Positions 9,129 through 16,238 are shown, numbered from the stretch's first letter. The stretch: 16,238 nt of DNA from Candidatus Eiseniibacteriota bacterium (GCA_034440375.1 JAWXBZ010000180.1:1-16238); one strand, 5' to 3'. Numbers and translations: made by a program. Notes: generated by a model from the sequence alone, not told the origin.

Positions 9129-9157
9129 ATATTACTGATGCGATTCGATTTCCGCAA
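9129..9157 (-). promoter_or_regulatory. Putative sigma70 promoter for the leader-infC operon
   Basis: TTGCGG (9157-9152), 17 nt, TAATAT (9134-9129). The -10 includes the thrS TAA stop, and the predicted TSS falls just before the leader. Confidence 0.5.
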
Positions 9158-11051
9158 CCACTTTCTTGACAAAGTCAGCCCGGGCCATGGCTCCCAGGTC
9201 CTTCCCCCCGTGCCCCCGAACGCAAACGGTGCCCGCCTCGGCGTCCCGGGCTCCCACCACGAGCATGTACGGAACCTTGGATTTCTCGCCATCCCGGATC
9301 TTCGCCCCGATCTTCTCGTTCCTGGACAGGATGTCGACCCGGACCCCGGCGGCCTTGAGCTCATTCTGTACCAGGGCGGCATACTCGAGATTCTGCTCCG
9401 ACACCGGGATGACGCTGACCTGCATCGGGGCCAGCCAGGCAGGAAACACCCCCGCGTAGTGCTCGATCAGGACGCCGAAAAACCGCTCCAGGCTGCCGAG
9501 CAGGGCCCGGTGAATCATGTACGGGCGGTGTTCCTTGCCGTCCTCGCCGATGTAGGTCAGGTTGAATCGTTCCGGCAGGTTGAAATCGAACTGGATCGTG
9601 GAACACTGCCACTCCCGATCGAGCGCGTCCTTGATCTTGATGTCGATCTTGGGTCCGTAAAACGCGCCGCCACCTTCGTCCACGCTGAAACCGAGCCCCC
9701 GCCGAACGAGCGTATCGCGGAGTGCCGACTCGGCGCTTTCCCATTGCGACGGATCCCCCACTGATTTCGCGGGCCGGGTGGAAAGAAATATTTCGAAGTT
9801 CTCGAATCCGAAGGCCCGGAGCATGTCCAGACAGAAGCCAAGCACGCGATCGATCTCGTCCGGCATCTGGTCCGGCCGGCAAAAGAGGTGGGCATCGTCC
9901 TGGGTGAACCCGCGGACGCGCAGGAGCCCGTGAAGCACGCCCGACCGCTCGTAGCGATACACGGTGCCGAGTTCAGCCCAGCGAAACGGCAGGTCGCGGT
10001 ACGACCGAAGGCCGGTCTGGTAGATCAGGATATGGAACGGGCAGTTCATCGGCTTCAGGTAGTATTCCTGCCCCTCGATCTCGATCGGGGCGTACATGTT
10101 CTCCTTGTAGAAATCGAGATGCCCCGAGATTTCCCAGAGCGTCGATTTCCCGACATGCGGCGTGTAGACGATCTCGTAGCCGCCGTTCAGATGGGCGTTC
10201 CGCCAGTAGTCCTCGACGGCCGTCCGAATGCGCCCCCCCTTCGGATGCCAGAAGATCAGCCCCGCTCCCCCCTCGTCATGCACCGAGAAGAGATCGAGCT
10301 CCTTCCCGAGCTTTCGATGGTCGCGGAGCTTGGCCTGCTCCAGCCGGTCGAGATACTTCGCCAGGTCTTCGGGCGTGGCCCAGGTGGTGCCGTAGATGCG
10401 CTGCAGCATCGGCCGCTTTTCGTCGCCGCGCCAGTAGGCGCCCGCGACTTGCAGCAGCTTGAATGCCTTGGCATTCAAGCTGCCGGTAGAAGGAGCGTGG
10501 GGTCCACGGCACAGGTCGGTGAATGGTCCGTTGACGTAGTAGGTCACGACATCGTCGGCAAGCCCCTCGAGGATCTCGACCTTGTAGATGTCGTTCGAAT
10601 CGCTGAATCGCTCGATCGCCTCCAGCCGACTGACCTCGATCCGCTCGAACGGCATCTTCTGCGCGATGATCCCGCGCATCTTGCGTTCAATGGACTCCAC
10701 GTCTTCGGGCGTAAACGCCCTCGACGAGTGGATGTCATAGTAGAAGCCGTCCTGGATCGGTGGCCCGATGGCAAACTTGGTGTCCGGGTAGAGCTCCTGG
10801 ATGGCGGTGGCCATGATGTGGGCGCTGGAGTGGCGCAGGAGGAACAGGCCGTCCTCCGATTCCGTCGAGATGCCATGCATCTCGATGGCCGGGCCGGCCG
10901 GGTCCATCAATCCCTTGAGCTGCCCGTCAACACGGGCGCCGATCAGGCGATCCGGCGCTCCCGCCCGGCCGAGGACCTCCCCGACGGTGGCACCTGGAGC
11001 CGCCTCGACCGAGGCCTCCCCACCGTCCCAAATCACCCTGATGGCACCCAT
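9132..11051 (-). CDS. thrS: Threonine--tRNA ligase
   Basis: RHSSAHIMA, GPPI..GFYYD, DLCRGPH, GAYWRGD, RDHRKLG, KPMNCPFH, RVRGFTQDDAH, GAFYGPKID, MIHRALLGSLERF. Confidence 0.98.
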   Translation of the reverse strand: MGAIRVIWDGGEASVEAAPGATVGEVLGRAGAPDRLIGARVDGQLKGLMDPAGPAIEMHGISTESEDGLFLLRHSSAHIMATAIQELYPDTKFAIGPPIQDGFYYDIHSSRAFTPEDVESIERKMRGIIAQKMPFERIEVSRLEAIERFSDSNDIYKVEILEGLADDVVTYYVNGPFTDLCRGPHAPSTGSLNAKAFKLLQVAGAYWRGDEKRPMLQRIYGTTWATPEDLAKYLDRLEQAKLRDHRKLGKELDLFSVHDEGGAGLIFWHPKGGRIRTAVEDYWRNAHLNGGYEIVYTPHVGKSTLWEISGHLDFYKENMYAPIEIEGQEYYLKPMNCPFHILIYQTGLRSYRDLPFRWAELGTVYRYERSGVLHGLLRVRGFTQDDAHLFCRPDQMPDEIDRVLGFCLDMLRAFGFENFEIFLSTRPAKSVGDPSQWESAESALRDTLVRRGLGFSVDEGGGAFYGPKIDIKIKDALDREWQCSTIQFDFNLPERFNLTYIGEDGKEHRPYMIHRALLGSLERFFGVLIEHYAGVFPAWLAPMQVSVIPVSEQNLEYAALVQNELKAAGVRVDILSRNEKIGAKIRDGEKSKVPYMLVVGARDAEAGTVCVRGHGGKDLGAMARADFVKKVVAEIESHQ

Positions 11052-11102
11052 CGAACGACCCCATGGCGCCAGGAAGGCGCGGCGAGAAGAATTTACCCGG
11101 AT

Positions 11103-11128
11103 AAAACGAAGCAGGCCAACGGCCTGCT
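11103..11128 (-). terminator. Terminator-like hairpin between tRNA-Val and thrS
   Basis: Perfect 8-bp stem AGCAGGCC-guu-GGCCUGCU followed by UCGUUUU, an interrupted U-tract. Confidence 0.55.
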
Positions 11129-11142
11129 CTGTTCCGTTCGAA

Positions 11143-11219
11143 TGGTGGGCGATACTGGATTTGAACCAGTGACCCCTTGCATGTCAAGCAAGTACTCTAA
11201 CCAACTGAGCTAATCGCCC
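11143..11219 (-). tRNA. tRNA-Val (GAC)
   Basis: GGGCGAT acceptor stem, D-arm TAGCTCAGTTGGTTAGAG, anticodon arm CTTGC-TT-GAC-AT-GCAAG, T-arm GGTTCAAATCC, encoded CCA; 77 nt. Confidence 0.97.
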
Positions 11220-11238
11220 ACTCGAATTGCGAGCGGGC

Positions 11239-11267
11239 ATTTTGCCGAAGTCGGGCGGCCGTGTCAA
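11239..11267 (-). promoter_or_regulatory. Putative sigma70 promoter for tRNA-Val/thrS
   Basis: TTGACA (11267-11262), 17 nt, CAAAAT (11244-11239), then a GC-rich discriminator (GCCCGC), about 20 nt before the tRNA. Confidence 0.65.
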
Positions 11268-11282
11268 TCACACAGAGGGCCG

Positions 11283-11333
11283 CCGATTTCGGGAACCGGC
11301 CAATGACCGATTTCCACCGTCCATGACCGATTT
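11283..11333. repeat. Direct repeats upstream of the tRNA promoter
   Basis: ATGACCGATTT at 11303-11313 and 11323-11333 (20-bp period), plus a third core CCGATTT at 11283-11289. Confidence 0.6.
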
Positions 11334-11378
11334 TACGAACAATGGCCCGGAAGCTGCTTCCTATTATACGGAGAACCG

Positions 11379-11640
11379 TCAGTCGATCAGCGTCACCGCC
11401 TCGGTTTGCGTCCGTCCCCCCGCCTCCACCCGCACGAAGTAGCGACCCGACGGCATCACGCGCCCCGCTCCGTCACGGCGACCCCAGGTCAGCAGCGTCC
11501 CCTCCACCGCCACCTGATCGAATGCGTACCGCCGAACACGCCGCCCCGATACATCGAAGATCCCCACCGAAACCGGCCCGGCCACCTCCGGGATCATCAA
11601 CAGCGACACCACATCCCGCACCGGATTCCCCCGATGCTTG
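11379..11640 (-). other. Stand-alone T9SS type-A/FlgD-Ig-like C-terminal sorting domain; small CDS or gene remnant
   Basis: GNPVRD...GPVSVGIFDVSGRRVRR...LTWGRRDGAGRVMPSGRYFVRVEAGG.TQT..VTLI-stop matches the usual NP...V.IYD..GR.VR...WDGRD..G...SG.YF pattern. No signal peptide or cargo. Possible GTG start at 11621. Confidence 0.65.
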
Positions 11641-11676
11641 GGAAAGACCCTTCGACTGAATTTCGTCCGCTCTGCC

Positions 11677-13338
11677 CTACGAGCTGACGCGTACCCAGCG
11701 GCTTTCGCCCTTCGGGTTGATCGGCGAATGAGTGGCCACGTATCGCTCCAGCGCCTCACGATCGGTGTAGCCGGTGAACCGGAAACTCTCCGAGGCCACT
11801 TCACGTATGAGGGACAGGCCGCTGTTTCCTTCCGAGAGGAAGTTGTTCATGGCGACGGTGTATTCGGTGTTCGGATCGAGCGGTTTGTCGCCGATGATCA
11901 GCGAGGTGATCCGATCCCCTTCCGCGCGCGTCGGGTCGTATTCGATGGTGGCGCCGGAAATGAAAAGCGAGGGACCGTAACGACCGACCTTTTGTTCAAA
12001 GAGGCGGCGCACGAACTCCCCCGTCACCTTGGCCTCGACCAGCGTGTTGCCGAAGGGAAGAACCGAAAGGCAGTCGCGCTTGGTGATCGGCCCCGGCGCG
12101 ATGTCGGCCCGAACGCCACCGGTGTTCTGGATGGCCAGGTTGGAACCGGTAAACTCCCGGATGGAGTCCGCCACCAGCGCCCCCAGGTTGCCCCGATCGG
12201 CGTCGCCGCGCTGCAGATTGACCCGGGTTTCGCCGATCTGTTCGTCCAGTCCCTCTTCCGCCACGGCCACCTGGGCCCCGATCGTCTCGGCGATCCCCTG
12301 GTCCGGCCAGAACTCGTCCTCGAATAGGGTGACCAGGGCTCCCCGATCATGGTGCGTCTCGTAGCCGATCATCTTCCCCAGCCGGCGGTCGAACTGAACG
12401 GTGATGTGGCCCACGCTCGAGCCATTGGCATACGGCTGGACCACCAGCGTATGCGTGACCGGATCCTCCCAGGGCTGGTCATACCCCTGGTGCGAGTGTC
12501 CGGCAAAAATGATGTCGACGCCGGGAACATAGTGCGCCAGTTCCATCGCCTCGTACTCGGTCGGACGCTCGCCCCGCGCTTCCTGCTCGATCATGTCCCG
12601 GTAGACGCTGGCCAGGTTCGGCTTGTACGGGAGTCCCGCATGCACCGGAAAGAGAATGAACTGCGCGCCCTGGGCGCGGGCCTCCTCCACCTTGGTCGGC
12701 AGCATCTCGTGGAGGGGACGGAAGGTGAGGCCGTCGATGTTCTTGGCGAACGAGATCTTGGCCGTCTCCTCGGTCACCATGCCGATGATGGCCGTCTTCA
12801 CGCCGGCCACCTCGACGATTACCATGTCCTTGACCCAGTCGACCCGCTCATTTGTGCCGGTCGTGTACAGGTTGGCGCACAGAAGGGGAAACCGGGCCGT
12901 CCGGACCAGTTCCTCGGTGATTTTCCAGCCCAGGTCGAAGTCGTGATTGCCAAGCGCCGCGGCCGTGTAACCGACCGAATTCATCCACTCGATGACCGAT
13001 TTTCCCTGGAAGTGCATGCCGACCGGCGTTCCCTGAAAGAGATCGCCCGAATCGACCATCAGGAAGCCGCGGCCTGCTTTCTCGGCTTCCGCCCGCACTT
13101 TCTTGATGTACGTGGCCGCCGAAGCACCGCCCCCCATCGGCGGCGGAAACTGCGGATTCAGAAAGGTGGCCTTTTGGGGATCGATATGTCCGTGAATATC
13201 GCTGGTATAAATGATGTCGATTTCCACGACATCGGGCGCGGGTGATTCGGCCTTCAGCGGCATGACCACCACCGCTACCACCGTCGCGGTGAAAACCAGA
13301 GTCGCCAGTATGCCCCGAATCGAACGAAATGAAGTCAC
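11677..13338 (-). CDS. Exported bifunctional UDP-sugar hydrolase/5'-nucleotidase family metallophosphoesterase (UshA/CD73-like)
   Basis: Signal peptide ending PLKA; TSDIHG, DSGDLFQG, GNHDFD, HAG, GHSH metal motifs; C-domain QNTGGVRADI and LPFGN. AGGAGAG RBS before GTG. Confidence 0.92.
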   Translation of the reverse strand: MTSFRSIRGILATLVFTATVVAVVVMPLKAESPAPDVVEIDIIYTSDIHGHIDPQKATFLNPQFPPPMGGGASAATYIKKVRAEAEKAGRGFLMVDSGDLFQGTPVGMHFQGKSVIEWMNSVGYTAAALGNHDFDLGWKITEELVRTARFPLLCANLYTTGTNERVDWVKDMVIVEVAGVKTAIIGMVTEETAKISFAKNIDGLTFRPLHEMLPTKVEEARAQGAQFILFPVHAGLPYKPNLASVYRDMIEQEARGERPTEYEAMELAHYVPGVDIIFAGHSHQGYDQPWEDPVTHTLVVQPYANGSSVGHITVQFDRRLGKMIGYETHHDRGALVTLFEDEFWPDQGIAETIGAQVAVAEEGLDEQIGETRVNLQRGDADRGNLGALVADSIREFTGSNLAIQNTGGVRADIAPGPITKRDCLSVLPFGNTLVEAKVTGEFVRRLFEQKVGRYGPSLFISGATIEYDPTRAEGDRITSLIIGDKPLDPNTEYTVAMNNFLSEGNSGLSLIREVASESFRFTGYTDREALERYVATHSPINPKGESRWVRVSS

Positions 13339-13357
13339 GACGTCACTCTCCTGTCCG

Positions 13358-13386
13358 TGACACCGGCATGAGTCACGCCGGCATCA
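13358..13386 (-). other. Intercistronic hairpin beginning at the stop codon of the barrel gene
   Basis: UGAUGCCGGCGUG-acu-CAUGCCGGUGUCA, 13 bp including G-U pairs, with no U-tract. Confidence 0.55.
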
Positions 13387-14676
13387 GAAACGATAACGGA
13401 TATCCACCACGCCCGTGAGCAGGCTGTCCGTAACGCGGTCGGTCTTGGGATCGTTGGGGTTGGTCCGGGGCGTGATGGCGTTCTGCCTCGAATTCCGCTT
13501 CAGGACGTTCATGCCGAATCCGACATCCCAGGTCTCGAACTTGTAGCCGACACCGAAGGCCACTCCCGCTTCATCCACATCCTCTGCGGCATACAGTTCC
13601 CGGTAGATGAATCCAAAGCGGGCCGGAAGATTGTTGTAAAAGACATGCTCGACACCGGCATGAAAATCCCAGGAGTTCCGAACATCCCCTGTCGCGATCG
13701 CCAGGTTGGCTTCCAGAACCGGATCGACCAGGTCGCTTTCCCAGAAGGTGCGGACAGCGGACATGCTGAACAGGGTGCGCGGGTTGTTGCGGGGATTCAA
13801 TGACACACCGATCGCGAGTTGTCCCGGATACTCGACGTCGTTGTTTCCGGTCGTCGTATCCGAGAGCGTTTCGTAACGCCAGTCCGTGTCAAGCGTGACC
13901 GGCAGCGTATAGGATGCGGCCACGGTCACACGCTCATCCAGGTCGGCCGAGGCGCCGAACGTGGCGCCAACGCCGTTGAGATCGCGCGACAGGACGTTGC
14001 GGGAGGCGGCCTCCCGATACGGCGCTGGAGCCGGTCCCGGTATCGTGGTATTGGAAAACGTCAGGTTGCCAAAGTAGTAGTGCAACGAGGCTCCGAGCGC
14101 GAGGATCCGCTCCTTGTAGCTGACTCCCGCCGATGCGGAATAGATCGAGGTGCTCGATCGGATGAACTGGGTCGCCTGCACCTTGTCACGATTGGCGGCG
14201 TCGCGACCATTGGCCACCCGGCGCTCATCCACGAAATCGTACTGGAAGTTGTAACGCTCAAAAATTCCCCCCGCCACCGAGAACCGGGGGTTCTCCTCAT
14301 TGGGCTGCCAGAGGACCCCGCCATTCACGCGCACGTAGCTTTCGGGGTTCTCGGTAATGGCCGTGTCCTTGATGTATGAGTCGAAGGAATCGAAAAGTGG
14401 CACGTACCGGGTTTCATCATATCGTGCGCCACGCACCGACATTTCGACGGCCCGACCCTTCTGACTCGACATCATGGCCGGGTTGCTCAGCAGCGAATAC
14501 GAACCGTCGGGCACGGCCACGGTGGCTCCGCCCATCGCCAACCCCCGGGCGGACTGCGCCGAAACCGGCGTTCCCCAGGCGGATTCGAGGTAGGTATAGG
14601 CACTGGCCGGACCCGCGGCGGCGAGAGCGGCCAGAACGAAGCCGGCCAGCGCCCGCGAACGAAAGGACACTCTCAT
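13384..14676 (-). CDS. Outer-membrane beta-barrel, FadL/PorV(UPF0164)-like
   Basis: GGAGGAG RBS before ATG 14676 (MRVSFRSR); signal peptide ending ASA; SARGLAMGGATVA...SNPAMM hatch motif; alternating beta-strands; C-terminal DIRYRF BAM-type signal. Confidence 0.8.
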   Translation of the reverse strand: MRVSFRSRALAGFVLAALAAAGPASAYTYLESAWGTPVSAQSARGLAMGGATVAVPDGSYSLLSNPAMMSSQKGRAVEMSVRGARYDETRYVPLFDSFDSYIKDTAITENPESYVRVNGGVLWQPNEENPRFSVAGGIFERYNFQYDFVDERRVANGRDAANRDKVQATQFIRSSTSIYSASAGVSYKERILALGASLHYYFGNLTFSNTTIPGPAPAPYREAASRNVLSRDLNGVGATFGASADLDERVTVAASYTLPVTLDTDWRYETLSDTTTGNNDVEYPGQLAIGVSLNPRNNPRTLFSMSAVRTFWESDLVDPVLEANLAIATGDVRNSWDFHAGVEHVFYNNLPARFGFIYRELYAAEDVDEAGVAFGVGYKFETWDVGFGMNVLKRNSRQNAITPRTNPNDPKTDRVTDSLLTGVVDIRYRF

Positions 14677-14723
14677 CAGGTTCTCCTCCGGAAGACGATC
14701 GCAAGTCATGGTCGTCGACATCC

Positions 14724-16238
14724 CTAGAAGGTGTAGTCGAGCTGGAAGCGAAATGAATTGACGTTGTCCTTCACGGCCGTTCCCTCGGGTCGGCCGCTCG
14801 GGTCAATCGGATTCTCGAAATTGCGGAGTTGGAGATTCGACACGACATCCTGGTTGTCGACGGTGTACTTGAGCCGCCAGGACAACTCGTTGGACAATCG
14901 GCTGCGCACCATGAACCAGTTCCGGAAGCCGGTGCCATCCAGCGCGATGAACTCGTTGTCCTCAAAGTTGTAGAGGAAGCCGTCGTAAATCTCGCTGGAC
15001 ACCGTAACCGCCAGGCCGGAGGTGAAGTTGTGGACGTACTTGGCCTGGAATGCCTGACCAGGAGCCGCCCGGGTACCGAGGTTGGTCGTCCCCCCGTTAC
15101 CGTCGCCATCGCTGCCGAGTCGAGGGCGCGGCTTGAAAATGACGTTGGTCGAGGAATATAGAAAATCGAGCCGGTTGTAGTTCGACAGGTAGAACCGGGC
15201 CTCGAATCGCGTGTCCCAGCCGGAGAACCCGCGGACCTCGTCCTCACCCTTGCCGTCCCGCTCCGACCAGCGTTGCCGGACCCGGAGGCGGACCGGAAAA
15301 ATCGGCCGATACTCGAAGTTGACGGTCAGCCGCTGACTGTTCGTATCGTCGACTTTGCGGACGTAGTTGTCGTATTCAAAGGAATTGAGCGTCAGGTCGC
15401 GGCTGATCTGGTAGCGGCCGGTCAGGTAGAACCCTCGCTCCGCCTTGGACTGCGGATCATTCTCGGCCAGGTAGGAGAACATCGGATTCCAGAGACGGAA
15501 CTCGTCGCCGGCCAGCGTCTGGTCGTACCGATTCGTCTCGGCGAAGCCGCGATGGTAGGGATTGTCGTAGTGCAGATCGTAGTCGCGGTAGAGCGCCTGG
15601 ACGTTGAAGTTCTCGTACTGGAGGTAGGCCGATCCAAGATAAGCCTCGGGGCCGGCCGCGAAGGCCCGCCCGGTAAATGTCTCCTCCCGGGCGGTCATCA
15701 GCTTGCCGTACTCGCCGGCCACGGACAGGTTGCCCAGGATGGCGGTGAAATCGGAACCGACCAGGTCGCGAAAATTTCCCAGTCCCCGGTTGTCATAACC
15801 CGCCGCAAACTCGGCATCACGCGCCTCGATGCGGTTCGGGTCGATGATCAGTGAGGTTGGATCGGGATTGAAGCGATGGATCAGGCTGTCGTCCTCGGCG
15901 CCCGGGTGAAGATTGTTGCGGTACCGCATCTCCATGGCCGTAAAACCGATATAGGTCGAGGGAAGGACCCGGATGCGGGCATTGCCGCCGACGATCTTTT
16001 CGTTCATCACATCGCGCATCGGCAGGAAACGATTACGAAATGGTGGCGCCACGAAGTCCCGGATATCCTCGAGCGTTTCGTCATCAATCCGCGGCACCAT
16101 GGTGATGCCACGGTTGAAGGAACCGTCGGGATTCAGGACGGCGTCCTTGTCGTCGTCGGAGTAGAAACCGGTCAGGCGAATCGGACCGATCGACGCCTCC
16201 GCGGCTCCGCCTTTCAGGGCTGACTCGTCGCTCCGCGA
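14724..16238 (-). CDS. Large outer-membrane beta-barrel protein, 5'-truncated; resembles the ComEA/helix-hairpin-helix-associated OM family of the FCB group
   Basis: The frame is open to the window edge (SRSDESALKGGAAEASIGPIRLTGFYSDDDKDAVLN precedes the track's Met). Amphipathic strands and C-terminal FQLDYTF. The family resemblance (E..L.G.AA, T.FYS...DA, GE.G, LYR.Y..Y.N.Y...F.E, E.GFY) is from recall, not from a search. Confidence 0.7.
   Translation of the reverse strand, partial: SRSDESALKGGAAEASIGPIRLTGFYSDDDKDAVLNPDGSFNRGITMVPRIDDETLEDIRDFVAPPFRNRFLPMRDVMNEKIVGGNARIRVLPSTYIGFTAMEMRYRNNLHPGAEDDSLIHRFNPDPTSLIIDPNRIEARDAEFAAGYDNRGLGNFRDLVGSDFTAILGNLSVAGEYGKLMTAREETFTGRAFAAGPEAYLGSAYLQYENFNVQALYRDYDLHYDNPYHRGFAETNRYDQTLAGDEFRLWNPMFSYLAENDPQSKAERGFYLTGRYQISRDLTLNSFEYDNYVRKVDDTNSQRLTVNFEYRPIFPVRLRVRQRWSERDGKGEDEVRGFSGWDTRFEARFYLSNYNRLDFLYSSTNVIFKPRPRLGSDGDGNGGTTNLGTRAAPGQAFQAKYVHNFTSGLAVTVSSEIYDGFLYNFEDNEFIALDGTGFRNWFMVRSRLSNELSWRLKYTVDNQDVVSNLQLRNFENPIDPSGRPEGTAVKDNVNSFRFQLDYTF

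Noticed and set aside
11052-11142. T-box or E. coli-type tRNA-Thr-mimic operator before thrS
   Set aside because: Too short for a T-box and no T-box consensus. The hairpin contains CGU, but not at anticodon position in a 7-nt loop.
11143-11400. tRNA-Val as an integration site for the accessory cluster
   Set aside because: The cluster is on the tRNA 5' side. I saw no integrase, no duplicated tRNA end and no obvious compositional shift.
11677-11679. Pyrrolysine/amber read-through of the nucleotidase TAG
   Set aside because: Read-through alone does not reach the CTD frame, no pyl genes are in view, and the protein ends where family members normally end.
14677-14721. Upstream ATG (MSTTMTC...) for the FadL-like gene
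   Set aside because: The strong GGAGGAG SD and the signal peptide fit ATG 14676.
478-16223. Many long + strand ORFs (e.g. 478..1593, 1908..3245, 9888..11213, 12349..13245)
   Set aside because: They lie antisense to well-supported genes, have no recognisable motifs, and are expected in high-GC DNA.
1-16238. CRISPR array, IS element, prophage or defence genes
   Set aside because: No spaced repeats, transposase, integrase or phage/defence motifs seen.

Overview
High-GC bacterial chromosomal window in which every credible gene is on the minus strand. In transcription order (high to low coordinates) it has two blocks. (1) An accessory envelope cluster: a 5'-truncated large outer-membrane beta-barrel protein resembling the ComEA/helix-hairpin-helix-associated OM family, a FadL/PorV-like beta-barrel, an exported UshA-type 5'-nucleotidase, and a cargo-less T9SS/FlgD-like C-terminal sorting domain. 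(2) A housekeeping block: tRNA-Val(GAC), thrS, L20-leader-like attenuator, infC (AUA start), rpmI, rplT, pheS, pheT, zapB-like, zapA, 6S RNA, rny, ymdB and folD (runs off the window and is absent from the ORF track). The FlgD-like sorting domain and gene order suggest a diderm of the FCB-related candidate phyla (e.g. Eisenbacteria/Latescibacterota-like); this is inference only. The best candidate for an undescribed system is the double-barrel plus nucleotidase cluster, a possible extracellular nucleic-acid capture and salvage locus. All family assignments come from motif recognition by eye; no searches were run.
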